A DNA stretch of 64,000 nucleotides from assembly GCA_965217775.1 (NCBI GenBank), contig CBDCJH010000002.1:4032001-4096000 (forward strand), given 5' to 3'. The stretch comes from Acidobacteriota bacterium (GTDB taxonomy: Bacteria > Acidobacteriota > UBA6911 > RPQK01 > JAJDTT01). The position numbers and the translations under genes are program-made. Of the stretch, positions 1 to 10,992 are shown in pieces. Each line of letters starts with the position of its first letter. Within the stretch, counting starts at the first letter, position 1. The notes under the pieces are model-generated. The model was not told the DNA's origin. It was given only the letters and a program-made list of their open reading frames with translations, and ran no database searches.

Positions 1-2757
1 GTCATCGGGGGTTCGGACAATTCCGGATCCGAAAACCCAGTGCCAGACCCGATTCACGAAGACGCGGGCCGTGAGGGGGTTCTCGGAACTGGCGATCAAT
101 CGGGCCAGGTCCAGGCGCCCGCTACCCTTGGGGTCTGAGCCGTTGGACGGGCCCGACAGCACCCGGATATGTCCGCGCGGCACCCGCTCACCATAATCCG
201 TGTACACGCCACGGACGTTGAGGCGGTAGTCGCGGCCCGGATCCAGGTCGGCCATGCTCAGGACCGTCACCGGGTCGACCAGCTTCTCCTCGGCCTCGCG
301 GTAGGAGGCGACCAACTCCCAGATCTCTTTTCGAGCAAGCATGTTACCGGGCAGCAGATGGTTCGGCACCAGTCCAGCTTCCAGCATCCAGTTGATCAAG
401 AGGACGTCCTCTTCGTCCGCGCGACCCTCGGCCCAGTCTTCCACCGACGCCGCAATCCACTCTCCGTAGCGGGCGGAGAGCTGTGGAAGATCGACCGGAG
501 CATCAGCAGCGAACAAAGAAGTGAACCGGCCCAGCTCGTCGGCGGGCGATTCCTTCTTGTCGTGCAGGAATACGCGGGTCACACCGAACCAACTCCGGGC
601 ATCCCGGGCCTCGGCCGCCGAGACGTCGGGACCGAGTCCCACTCTCGGGGGAAAGTTGGGGTTCGAGGCCTTGGTCGCCAACTCGATGTAGATTCGAGTC
701 TCCTCGGATTCGTCGGGACTCGGCGAACGATTGGTTCTGGCGTCTGCCGTATTCGAATGGCGGATCCAGTGGGGACGGTGGTCCTTCAGATAAGTCTGCC
801 GCTCCGTCCGGAACGAATTGTCCACGATCAGCCGTTGAGCGCTGTAGTCGCCGCCGATCACCTCCATGCTGAGGTAGGACCGGCCGGAATGATTCAGAAA
901 CGGGGTCCGGACCGCCCCGTTGAGCCGGGGCGAGAGCGCGTGTGTGAACAGTCCGGCGGGCAGGAGCATTTCCACCGCCCCGGAACCCTCGAGCGCCACC
1001 GTGAAATCGCCGTTTTCGACCCAACCGTGGCGCACTCCGACCCCATCCACCGACCATCCCTCGGGAAGGTCTCTGCGGCCGAAGTCGGCGGCGAGGGAAA
1101 AGTCCCTGGCGTTGTTCTCAATTCGTTCCCGGCGAGCCTGCGAATATTCCCCGGCGAGCTTCCGCCAGGCCATTTCCAGTTGCTCACCCTCGATCAGGGA
1201 TTCCTGTATTTCCAACCAGGGAAAGAGGGGGCTGGACATGGTGTCCCGTGCAGCCGATTCGGCCGCTTCCTCCTCGTCCTCTTTCGTGGTCTGTCCCTCG
1301 AAGGGCCTGGGACTGATCGCCTCCTCCCAGACGGCGAGACGAGCCCGGTCCAGATCCTGCGCCGCCTCTGCCGCATCCATCCGGCCTTCGACGACGGCTT
1401 GCGCCGCCATCAGGTACCGGGGGATCTGCCGCGCTTCCTCCAACCACCAGTCCGCCAGCGGCTTGCGGAGTGTCGTCTTCAAAGCCGCCAGCTCTTCCAG
1501 AACCTTCCGGTTGCGTTCCGGGAGGTCCAGCGTATGGGTCACCCAGCGTGAGCTCATGAACACGCCGCCCAGAGCGTAGTAGTCCTGCTGGGCGATGGCG
1601 TCATATTTGTGATTGTGGCAGCGGGCGCAGGCGACCGTGGTCGCCTGGAACGCCTTGGAGAAGGTGTCGACCTTGTTGTCGAGCATCTCCTGGTGGATGC
1701 CGTTGAACATCAGGCTGTCCCCGTGACGGTTCTCACCCATCTGGAACCAGGTGGGGCCGATCATCGACTCGTTGATCTGCCTGGCGGCGTCGATTCGCGG
1801 TTGTGACAGGAGATCACCGGCAATGTGCTCGTGTACAAGCTGGTCGAAGGGGATGTCCGCGTTGAAGGCGCGGATCAGATAGTTCCGATACAGCCACGAA
1901 CCCTTGATCTGGGCATCCGTTTCATAGCCATAGGTATCACTGTAACGGACCACGTCCATCCAGTGCCGCGCCCACTCCTCTCCAAAATGGGACGAGTCCA
2001 ACAGGCGGTCCACCCCCTGAGCATAAGCGGCTTCAGGGTCGGGATTCCGGAGGAAGGCTGCAACTTCCTCGGGCTTCGGGGGAAGTCCGGTCAGCAGGTA
2101 GCTCACCCGCCTCAACAGGGTGCGCCGATCGGCGCGCGGCGCCGGCGTCAAGCCATTCGCCTCCAGCTTGGCCAGGAGAAAGCGATCGACGGGTTGATTC
2201 GACCACTCCTCCCGTTGGACTTCCGGTACCGCCGGTTTCGAGACCGGCCGCAGCGACCACCAGCGGCTGCGGTCCTGATAGACCTGCTCCCAATCGGAAT
2301 GAGCCTCGTCCACCGCGGCAGCTTCCGGCCCGGTGGCGTCTTTCGGAGCGGCCGCCCCGAGGCGCACCCATCTTTCGAAGACGTCGATCAGCTCAGCGGA
2401 CAGTTGTTCGCCGCCCAGGGGCATGGGCAATCCGGGTCCCTGGTGACGGAGGGCTCGAATCAGAAGGCTCGCGTCGGGATCACCCGGGATGATGGCCGGC
2501 CCCGACTTGCCGCCCTTCTCCCAGCCGTCCGGAGAGTCGAGCCGCAATTCTCCCTGCGCAAGATCGGCGCTGTGGCAGACGAAACAGTTCTCGGCCAAAG
2601 CCGGACGGATGTTCCGCTCGAAGAATTCCCGGGCTTCGGGAGAGATATCGACCTTCCCTGCTCCTGCAGCCTGAACCAGGCCGAAGCTGCAGAAGAGAAT
2701 TCCTGCAAGGATCGACAGCAGCAACCCATTGCCGGAACTGGGACCCGAACTCGACAT
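1..2757 (-). CDS. PSD1/planctomycete cytochrome c + DUF1549/DUF1553 protein (3' end outside window)
   Basis: Manual translation of both ends: signal-like N-terminus, 'EFFERNIRPALAENCFVCHS' (CxxCH), and '...ENPLTARVFVNRVWHWVFGSGIVRTPDD' (DUF1553-type) at the window edge. Absent from the ORF track because it runs off the end. Confidence 0.85.
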   Translation of the reverse strand, partial: MSSSGPSSGNGLLLSILAGILFCSFGLVQAAGAGKVDISPEAREFFERNIRPALAENCFVCHSADLAQGELRLDSPDGWEKGGKSGPAIIPGDPDASLLIRALRHQGPGLPMPLGGEQLSAELIDVFERWVRLGAAAPKDATGPEAAAVDEAHSDWEQVYQDRSRWWSLRPVSKPAVPEVQREEWSNQPVDRFLLAKLEANGLTPAPRADRRTLLRRVSYLLTGLPPKPEEVAAFLRNPDPEAAYAQGVDRLLDSSHFGEEWARHWMDVVRYSDTYGYETDAQIKGSWLYRNYLIRAFNADIPFDQLVHEHIAGDLLSQPRIDAARQINESMIGPTWFQMGENRHGDSLMFNGIHQEMLDNKVDTFSKAFQATTVACARCHNHKYDAIAQQDYYALGGVFMSSRWVTHTLDLPERNRKVLEELAALKTTLRKPLADWWLEEARQIPRYLMAAQAVVEGRMDAAEAAQDLDRARLAVWEEAISPRPFEGQTTKEDEEEAAESAARDTMSSPLFPWLEIQESLIEGEQLEMAWRKLAGEYSQARRERIENNARDFSLAADFGRRDLPEGWSVDGVGVRHGWVENGDFTVALEGSGAVEMLLPAGLFTHALSPRLNGAVRTPFLNHSGRSYLSMEVIGGDYSAQRLIVDNSFRTERQTYLKDHRPHWIRHSNTADARTNRSPSPDESEETRIYIELATKASNPNFPPRVGLGPDVSAAEARDARSWFGVTRVFLHDKKESPADELGRFTSLFAADAPVDLPQLSARYGEWIAASVEDWAEGRADEEDVLLINWMLEAGLVPNHLLPGNMLARKEIWELVASYREAEEKLVDPVTVLSMADLDPGRDYRLNVRGVYTDYGERVPRGHIRVLSGPSNGSDPKGSGRLDLARLIASSENPLTARVFVNRVWHWVFGSGIVRTPDD

Positions 2758-3022
2758 CCGTGAACGACTGGTCTGCACGAAGGTCGGATTAGGCCATTTG
2801 TCGGAGAGACGCCGAAGAATTACCCGAGCACGGTACACGGTATTTTGACACCTGGACACCCGACCATTTGGTTTGAACGTATGGGCCGTAGATTACGACA
2901 TCCATTCCACCACTGTCAATCGCCGGAGTTGGTCGCAGACCGGCTCGCGCGTCAGCCTTTGCTCCACGCTTCGGACCAACCTATCATGCCTTGGCCCGCC
3001 GGCTGACTCCGGAGTCGATGAC

Positions 3023-3127
3023 ATGTTGGACAACCGGTCGAACCCGCGCCGCGCCCTGGTCACCGGGGGCGCCAGCGGCTTCGGGCACGCGACTGCCGCG
3101 GCCCTGCTGGACCGCGCCCACCGGGTG
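3023..3127 (+). pseudogene. 5' fragment of an SDR oxidoreductase, duplicate of the start of the gene at 4986
   Basis: 105 nt with 13 mismatches to 4986-5090 (MLDNRSNPRRALVTGGASGFG...). Similarity ends abruptly. Confidence 0.8.
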
Positions 3128-3305
3128 GCCAGCTATCTATGGTCCGTACCGGTTCAGCGCATTCGGGACGGTCAGGTAACAATGGATGGTTGGCAAGGAA
3201 TTCCTGAGGTGTCGAGAGGTCGGGCGGGTGGCCTCGGATGCCAGTGGCGGTAACATTGGAACCGCTGTTGCAGCGCGAAGCGGATGTCGTCCACCAACGC
3301 CCTAG

Positions 3306-3437
3306 CCCGCATTTCTCACCAGGTCGCTACGCGTATGATGAAAAATAATCTGTTTTTGAGCATTTACGCAGAATTTTCCAAGGTTTCTCCGGGACAGCCT
3401 GCGCTGGGGGCGCGCGCTCTCTGGTGAGAAATGCAGG
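3306..3437. mobile_element. MITE family C, 132 bp, flanked by CTAG
   Basis: Terminal inverted repeats cccgcatttctcaccag / ctggtgagaaatgcagg (16/17 match). CTAG on both sides (3302-3305, 3438-3441). No transposase. Confidence 0.75.
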
Positions 3438-3481
3438 CTAGAGTAGAAGTGCAGTGACGACTCTTGTGAAGGGCCGGCCGT

Positions 3482-4828
3482 TCAACTCGCACCATTGCCG
3501 GCAAACTTGGCGAGCAATGGGATGGATTCGACCCCCATCTCGAAATAGTGGGGATCTTTCTCTATTCCGATCGACTCGTATCCCAACGCCTCGGCTGCCG
3601 CCAGCGTAGATCCTGCACCCGCAAAGGGATCGACGACCACACCTTCCCCCAAAGGAAGAACGCCCCTCACAAGCTGCCGCAAGAACTGTTGCGGCTTCAG
3701 GCTGGGGTGCGGAGCCAGTGCCCTTTCATTTTTTCTGGTCGGCGAGGATCTAATGACATCGCCAAACGGTTTCGCGTCCGAGGGCCGCCGGAAGCCCCCC
3801 GTTTTCCACTTCCGAAGATTGTCCTGTATCCTCCCTTCGACTGGTTTGCGGAACAGAATCCACGGTTCCCACATCGATCTAGGCATGACGCTGACGTCCT
3901 TGAACTCCTGGTGGGCTGCTTTTGGCCGATCCCCTCCCCGCATGGTCATCACCAGCCGGATAATTTCACCCCGTCGTTCCAACCCGGCATCGGACAGCGC
4001 ATTGGAGACGATGAATGAGAGCAGCGGATTGGACGCAACGATCACATTCGCCCCAGGTACCAACTTGGGGGCCAGGAGGCGCGCCCAGACAAAGAAAAAC
4101 GTGCGAATCTGCTCTCGCTGTGAATCGGTCAGCGTAGTGAAGAGAGGCAGCGGCGATCTTTTGTGTCCATCGAAGGAAGGAGGAATTCGCCAGACTCCTC
4201 CCTTGCCCCGTCTCAGTTTCCGTTGCTCCTTCGGAGAGTATTCCTGCAGACCGTAGGGCGGGTCCGTAACTACGGCGTGGATGGTCGCATCGGTCCGGCG
4301 ATCCAGCCAATCAAAACAGTCGCCATGGACCAGTGTCGCCATCCCATATCGAAATGGCTCATTCCAAAGTTCTGTACTGTTCAGGCGACGCAGCCAACTG
4401 CCAACGTAACCTTTGCGAAGCCGGTAGAAACCCCGTTTCTCCCTACAGAACAGATCTGGTGTATTCAGTCTCAACAGTCCGTGGTGAAAGTCCCGCGAGC
4501 ACCGAGACCGTTCCTGCGCCCGCCGGACAAGGCGCGATTCGGGTGCATACCGGGAGTATGTGCCCGAATCGCAACGCCGTCCGCCGGGATGCAGGGACGG
4601 TCGAATGCCGTGATGACTTTTGCCACGGGCTGTCAAGTAAGATCGCACCGAGGATTCAGGCGTTGAGCCCATGACTCGAGTCACTCTTTGCTCGATCTGC
4701 TGCACTGACAGGGCCTCGGATGTCAGATTCAGAATCTGGAGGATGGCGTCACGGACCCGCCCGGGAGCAGGTCTGGCCTTCTTGCTGCTGATACCGATGA
4801 AACATCCGATAAGTCGTCCAGACGTCAT
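3482..4828 (-). CDS. Orphan N4/N6 DNA methyltransferase (beta-class motif order) with N-terminal HTH-like region carrying an in-frame 54-aa MITE insert
   Basis: TDPPY, HPSLKP and DPFAGAGST motifs. No adjacent endonuclease gene recognised. Confidence 0.85.
   Translation of the reverse strand: MTSGRLIGCFIGISSKKARPAPGRVRDAILQILNLTSEALSVQQIEQRVTRVMGSTPESSVRSYLTARGKSHHGIRPSLHPGGRRCDSGTYSRYAPESRLVRRAQERSRCSRDFHHGLLRLNTPDLFCREKRGFYRLRKGYVGSWLRRLNSTELWNEPFRYGMATLVHGDCFDWLDRRTDATIHAVVTDPPYGLQEYSPKEQRKLRRGKGGVWRIPPSFDGHKRSPLPLFTTLTDSQREQIRTFFFVWARLLAPKLVPGANVIVASNPLLSFIVSNALSDAGLERRGEIIRLVMTMRGGDRPKAAHQEFKDVSVMPRSMWEPWILFRKPVEGRIQDNLRKWKTGGFRRPSDAKPFGDVIRSSPTRKNERALAPHPSLKPQQFLRQLVRGVLPLGEGVVVDPFAGAGSTLAAAEALGYESIGIEKDPHYFEMGVESIPLLAKFAGNGAS
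4475..4632. mobile_element. MITE family A, copy 1 (158 bp, TSD TCAA), inside the methyltransferase CDS
   Basis: TIRs cagtccgtggtgaaagtc / gacttttgccacgggctg (15/18 match). tcaa on both flanks. Identical to the reverse complement of 49233-49390. Confidence 0.95.
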
Positions 4829-4985
4829 TTGTCAAGGACATGTGGGGTTCAGTACATTTGAGACGGTCAGGTAGCGGACGGAAATCGGGCAAGAATGGGG
4901 CGAGGCATCCGAAGACTGACGGAACGAGCCAAAGACGTCCTGAACTCGACTGCTCGCTCCGCAAGGTCATCGGGTAATGGATAAC

Positions 4986-5786
4986 ATGTCGGACAACCGG
5001 TCCAACCCACGCCGCGTCCTGGTCACCGGGGGCGCCAGCGGCTTCGGACTCGCTATTGCCCGGGCACTGCTGAACCGCGGCCACCGGGTGTGCATCGGTG
5101 ACATCGACTCCCAAGAACTGAAGCGTGCTGGCCAGGCCTTGGACCATCCCCATCTGCTCCCGATCCTGCTCGATGTCACATCCAGGCAGTCTGCGAGAGA
5201 CGCGGTGGAGGCCTGCCGGACACGCTTCGGTGGTCTGGATACGCTCATCAATTCGGCAGGCGTCATCCACATGACCGCTCTGGAGGAGATCACCGAGGAA
5301 GAGTGGGATCACGTCATCGACGTGGACCTGAAAGGCACGTTTCTGTGCAGCCAGGCAGCCGCGCCCCTGTTGCGCCGGAGCGGACGGGGCCGTATCGTCA
5401 ACATCGGTTCGGATGCCGCCAGAATCGGTTGTCCGCAGATCGTGCCCTACTGTGCGGCGAAATTCGGCGTCGTGGGATTGACCAAATCCCTGGCGGCCGA
5501 GCTTGCCGCCGATGGCGTGACCGTCAACTGTGTGAGCCCGGTCGGGGTCTCCACCACCGGGATGGGGCAATTCGTACTTCAACGGAAGATTGAACTCAGC
5601 GGACAGGCGCCGCAAGACATCCTGGCCGCGACGGCGGCGGAGATCCCACTGCAGCGCAACCCGACCACGGCGGACATCGTTCATGCGATCCTGTTCTTTC
5701 TGGCCGAGGAGTCGGCCTTTCTGACCGGAGTCGTCCTGGACGTGGACGGCGGAATGCTGAGCATTCTCCCGGTGCGGGGGACCTGA
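4986..5786 (+). CDS. SDR family NAD(P)-dependent oxidoreductase
   Basis: TGGASGFG, INSAG, YCAAK motifs. Alternative start at 4977. Confidence 0.92.
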   Translation: MSDNRSNPRRVLVTGGASGFGLAIARALLNRGHRVCIGDIDSQELKRAGQALDHPHLLPILLDVTSRQSARDAVEACRTRFGGLDTLINSAGVIHMTALEEITEEEWDHVIDVDLKGTFLCSQAAAPLLRRSGRGRIVNIGSDAARIGCPQIVPYCAAKFGVVGLTKSLAAELAADGVTVNCVSPVGVSTTGMGQFVLQRKIELSGQAPQDILAATAAEIPLQRNPTTADIVHAILFFLAEESAFLTGVVLDVDGGMLSILPVRGT

Positions 5787-5855
5787 ACGGGATCCGGTCC
5801 GGCATTGATTCGTCGCAACGAAGACTGAAGTCCGAGAAACGAGGAGGGAAACAAC

Positions 5856-7301
5856 ATGAGCGACCTGCATCTGACGGCGGGGGTTGCGCGCATCGACATC
5901 ACGCCACCCGTGGGCTTCCGGATGGAAGGAGCCATGCGCCGGGTGGATCCGTCCGTGGGAGTCGAGTCTCCGCTTCTGGCCACGGCGTTGGTCCTGGCGG
6001 ACGAGCGAACCAAGATCGTCCTCCTCGATTGCGACTTGGTCGGTTTCGATATGCCGTTGGCGGCGGAGATCCGCAAGGCCATTGCCGACCGCGTCGGGAT
6101 CTCTCCCGGTTGCGTGGCGGTGGGCTGCACCCACACCCACAACGGCCCCTGTACCGCACGCGGCATCCTGGGTGGCGTGCATCACGTCGCCGGCGACCCG
6201 GCCGAAATTCAGGCACTCGACGCCTACATCGAGGATCTGGTGAACCGCCTCGCCGGATTGGCGGTGCTTGCGGACGGCGACCGCAGGCCCGCGCGCGCGG
6301 CGGCTGGAAGCGGGCACGCCCCGGTGGCGGTGAACCGGGAGGAACGGGCGCCCGAGGACGGCCTCGTCGTGGTCGGGCGGAATCCCGACGGGACCACCGA
6401 CCACAGTGTCGACGTTCTGCGGGTGGACGATCTCGACGGAAACCCCATCGCCGTGGTGGCCAGCTATGCGGCCCATCCGGTGGTCATGGGCTACGAGACG
6501 TACCTCCTGAGCCAGGACTTTCCCGGCGTCGTCCGTCGAATCGTGGAACAGGCGACCGGAGCCACCTGCCTCTACCTGACCGGGGCCGCCGGTAACCAGG
6601 CTTGCTATTCATTTCTGCAGAGTGATTGGGGTGAGAAGGAACGCACCGGCGGCATCGTCGGCGCCGCCGCGCTGCAAGCGTTCTACGGCATCGAGACGCG
6701 ACCCCACGAGGAAATCCGGGAACGCGGTCTCTCACTCTCCCGGATCGCCCTCTACCACAAGGAATTCAAGGACGGCCCCACCCACAAGGTCCTGAGCGTG
6801 GCCAGCCGCCAGGTTTCCCTGCCCTTGCAGCCGCTGCCCTCCCTGGATCAAGCGGAGGCCCAGTACGCCGAAGCCGCCGCCTATGTGAGGAAGCTGGTGG
6901 AAAAAGGCGCCGATTCGACCGAGGTCTGTCCCGCCCAGTTGGTGGAGGTCTGGGCCAAAGGCGTCCTGGACAAGGTCAGGGCCGGCGTTCGGGAAGACTC
7001 GCTGAGGTTCGACATCGTGGCCTTCCGGCTGGATGATTTCGTGCTGGTGGCGCAGCCGGGAGAGCCCTTCGTGGAGATCGGGTTGGGGGTCAAGAAACGA
7101 TCCAAGGCCAATCACACCATGTTCGGAGGGTACTGCAACGGGGTTCTGGCCTACCTGCCCACGGCCGAGACGGTGGCTCAGGGAGGCATGTCGGTGGAGG
7201 CGGCCGTCCGGACCTACGACATCCCGGCGCCTCCCGTGGCCGAAACGGTGGATCTCCTCGTCGAAGAGTATGGGGAACTCCTGAATGAGGTCGGCCTCTG
7301 A
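5856..7301 (+). CDS. Neutral/alkaline ceramidase N-terminal-like hydrolase
   Basis: AGVARIDITPP, CTHTHNGP, YAAHP, GAAGN, PGEPF motifs. GGAGG RBS upstream. Confidence 0.8.
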   Translation: MSDLHLTAGVARIDITPPVGFRMEGAMRRVDPSVGVESPLLATALVLADERTKIVLLDCDLVGFDMPLAAEIRKAIADRVGISPGCVAVGCTHTHNGPCTARGILGGVHHVAGDPAEIQALDAYIEDLVNRLAGLAVLADGDRRPARAAAGSGHAPVAVNREERAPEDGLVVVGRNPDGTTDHSVDVLRVDDLDGNPIAVVASYAAHPVVMGYETYLLSQDFPGVVRRIVEQATGATCLYLTGAAGNQACYSFLQSDWGEKERTGGIVGAAALQAFYGIETRPHEEIRERGLSLSRIALYHKEFKDGPTHKVLSVASRQVSLPLQPLPSLDQAEAQYAEAAAYVRKLVEKGADSTEVCPAQLVEVWAKGVLDKVRAGVREDSLRFDIVAFRLDDFVLVAQPGEPFVEIGLGVKKRSKANHTMFGGYCNGVLAYLPTAETVAQGGMSVEAAVRTYDIPAPPVAETVDLLVEEYGELLNEVGL

Positions 7302-8370
7302 TCTGAAACCCGAGGATGGCTTGGTCTCCAGGCTCGGATATCCCGCTTCTCGATCCGTTCGAGGCAGAGCAAATCGTTGGTGCCCTCCGCTCGCCGGCCT
7401 CTGGCCGATTCTGGCCGTCTTCATCGCCGCCAGCCCCATTTTCTCCCAGCCCCGGCTCGACCTCCGGATTCTGGAGAAGTTCCAACAAGGCCGCTTTCAG
7501 GAGGCCTCCGTGCTGGCCCGCCGGGCCGTCGAGCGGGACGGCTCGAATGCCGTCTACCAGGAACTCTACGGCATGGTGCTGGCCGCCCTGGAAAAGAACG
7601 AGGAGGCGGAGAAACATCTTCGCAGGGCGGTCGAGCTGCGGCCCCGGCAGGCCGAGTTTCACTACAATCTGGCCCAATTCCTGCTCGGCCGTCAGGAGGC
7701 GTCGGGACTGCATCCCTTCGACCCCAGAGCCAGGCGGCTCATGGAGGACGCGATCAGCGCGTTGAAGCAGGTGCTGGAGCTGAGTCCCGGCAACGTCGAA
7801 GCGAGGATGTCCCTGGCGCGCAGCTACAACAACCTGAATTTCAGCGAGATGGCGCTCAAGGAGTATTCCACCGTGGCCGCCGGGGAACCGAACCGGCCCT
7901 GGCTCAACTTTCAGATGGGCATGCTCCATTCCAACCTGTCCAGCCCGGTGAAAGCGGTGGCCGCTTTCAGGAGAGAGATTGGCCTCTATCCCGACCACGC
8001 CAGAGCTCGGCTGGAACTCGCCGAGATCCTGCTGCAACAGGGGAAGGCGGAAGCGGCGAAGCGCCATCTGTTGCGGGCGGAACCCGGGCTCGAACCTTCT
8101 CTGAAACACCGCGTCTATTTCCTTCTGGCCAAGGCTCACAGGAACCTCGGTCATGCCGAGGATGCGTTGACGGCCGTTCGCAGAAGCCTCGACCTGTGTC
8201 CGACGTTCATCGCACCCAACTATCTTCTGGCCCAGCTCTACCGGGAGACGGGGCAGCTCGATCTGGCGCGGCGGACCTTGGAGCGGGTGGAACGGCTGAG
8301 ATCGGAGGCTTCGTCATCGGCCGACCCCTTCGCCTTCCGGGAAGGCCACTGTCCGGGGCGGCCCCAATGA
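7285..8370 (+). CDS. Tetratricopeptide repeat protein, probably secreted (start uncertain)
   Basis: Repeated helical TPR patterns (A..L.P..AEFHYNLA) and a hydrophobic N-terminal segment. Confidence 0.8.
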   Translation: MRSASDLKPEDGLVSRLGYPASRSVRGRANRWCPPLAGLWPILAVFIAASPIFSQPRLDLRILEKFQQGRFQEASVLARRAVERDGSNAVYQELYGMVLAALEKNEEAEKHLRRAVELRPRQAEFHYNLAQFLLGRQEASGLHPFDPRARRLMEDAISALKQVLELSPGNVEARMSLARSYNNLNFSEMALKEYSTVAAGEPNRPWLNFQMGMLHSNLSSPVKAVAAFRREIGLYPDHARARLELAEILLQQGKAEAAKRHLLRAEPGLEPSLKHRVYFLLAKAHRNLGHAEDALTAVRRSLDLCPTFIAPNYLLAQLYRETGQLDLARRTLERVERLRSEASSSADPFAFREGHCPGRPQ

Positions 8371-8437
8371 GAGATCGCCGCAGGTCCAGTCGGCTCGGTC
8401 CGGCCACCGCGGCACTGTCCGGAGTTCGATACCGAAT

Positions 8438-10090
<1,653 letters not shown>

Positions 10091-10146
10091 CGGCTTGCGC
10101 CGGAATCCGTCGGAGTGTCTTCGTTGCCCCCTCGGGGATTCAACAT

Positions 10147-10992
10147 CTATCCCAGGATGTCTTCCGTATCCGCCGTGATGACTTGATACGCGTCCGGCCG
10201 GCGATCCCGAAACATGAAGTAGCGGTTGCGGACCTCGTTCACCCGGTCCAACCCGATATCCCCGGAGACGACCGTCTCCCCGGACGCCGGGGCCTCGGCC
10301 ACGATCCCGCCTTCAGGATCCACGATGATGCTCTTCCCGCCCAGAGTGAAGGTGTCTCCATCCGGAAGATGCAATTCCCCGACCGCATTGCAGGCGGCTA
10401 CATAGGCGCCGTTTTCGAAGGCCCGGGTGATGATCATGTGTTCCCAGATCCCGCCCTCGGTGGTGGACGCCCCGAAGGGCGCCAGGATCAGTTCCGCTCC
10501 GTTCAGGGCCAGGCAGCGGGCGGGTTCGGGCAGCAGAGTGTCGTAGCAGAGCATGGTGCCGACCCGCCACTCGCCGACCGGCGCCACGGGAAACTTGGAT
10601 CCGCCCCGGTAGAAGAGTTTTTCCAGGCCTCTCCGGGCCGGGACGTGGACCTTCCGGTACTTGCTGACGATCTCGCCCTTCGGATTCACCATCATGGAGG
10701 TGTTGTAGAAGAGGCCGGGAGCCTGGCGCTCATAGATGGTGGACGCGATGTGGACACCATGCTGTAACGCCTTTTCCCGCACCGCCGCGGTGGCCTCCCC
10801 GTCCTCGCTGTCGGCTAGCTCGTAGTAGCTGTAGTCCACCGACAAGGGGAAATACCCGGTGCTCCAGAATTCGGGAAGGACCAGAAGTTCGGCCCCCTCG
10901 CCCGCCGCTTCGTCAATGAAGCGGGACGCTCTGGCAATGTTCTTGTCGAGTCCGCCGATGGCGCTCTCCATCTGAATCAGCGCTAGTTTCAT
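10147..10992 (-). CDS. Carbon-nitrogen hydrolase (nitrilase superfamily)
   Basis: LPE, YRKVH, LCYD give the E-K-C catalytic triad. Confidence 0.92.
   Translation of the reverse strand: MKLALIQMESAIGGLDKNIARASRFIDEAAGEGAELLVLPEFWSTGYFPLSVDYSYYELADSEDGEATAAVREKALQHGVHIASTIYERQAPGLFYNTSMMVNPKGEIVSKYRKVHVPARRGLEKLFYRGGSKFPVAPVGEWRVGTMLCYDTLLPEPARCLALNGAELILAPFGASTTEGGIWEHMIITRAFENGAYVAACNAVGELHLPDGDTFTLGGKSIIVDPEGGIVAEAPASGETVVSGDIGLDRVNEVRNRYFMFRDRRPDAYQVITADTEDILG

Noticed and set aside
169-2763. Long plus-strand ORFs (169-1551, 1825-2763), and similar antisense ORFs elsewhere (e.g. 15601-18207, 39782-41626)
   Set aside because: Shadow ORFs opposite clearly recognisable genes in GC-rich DNA, with no motifs of their own.
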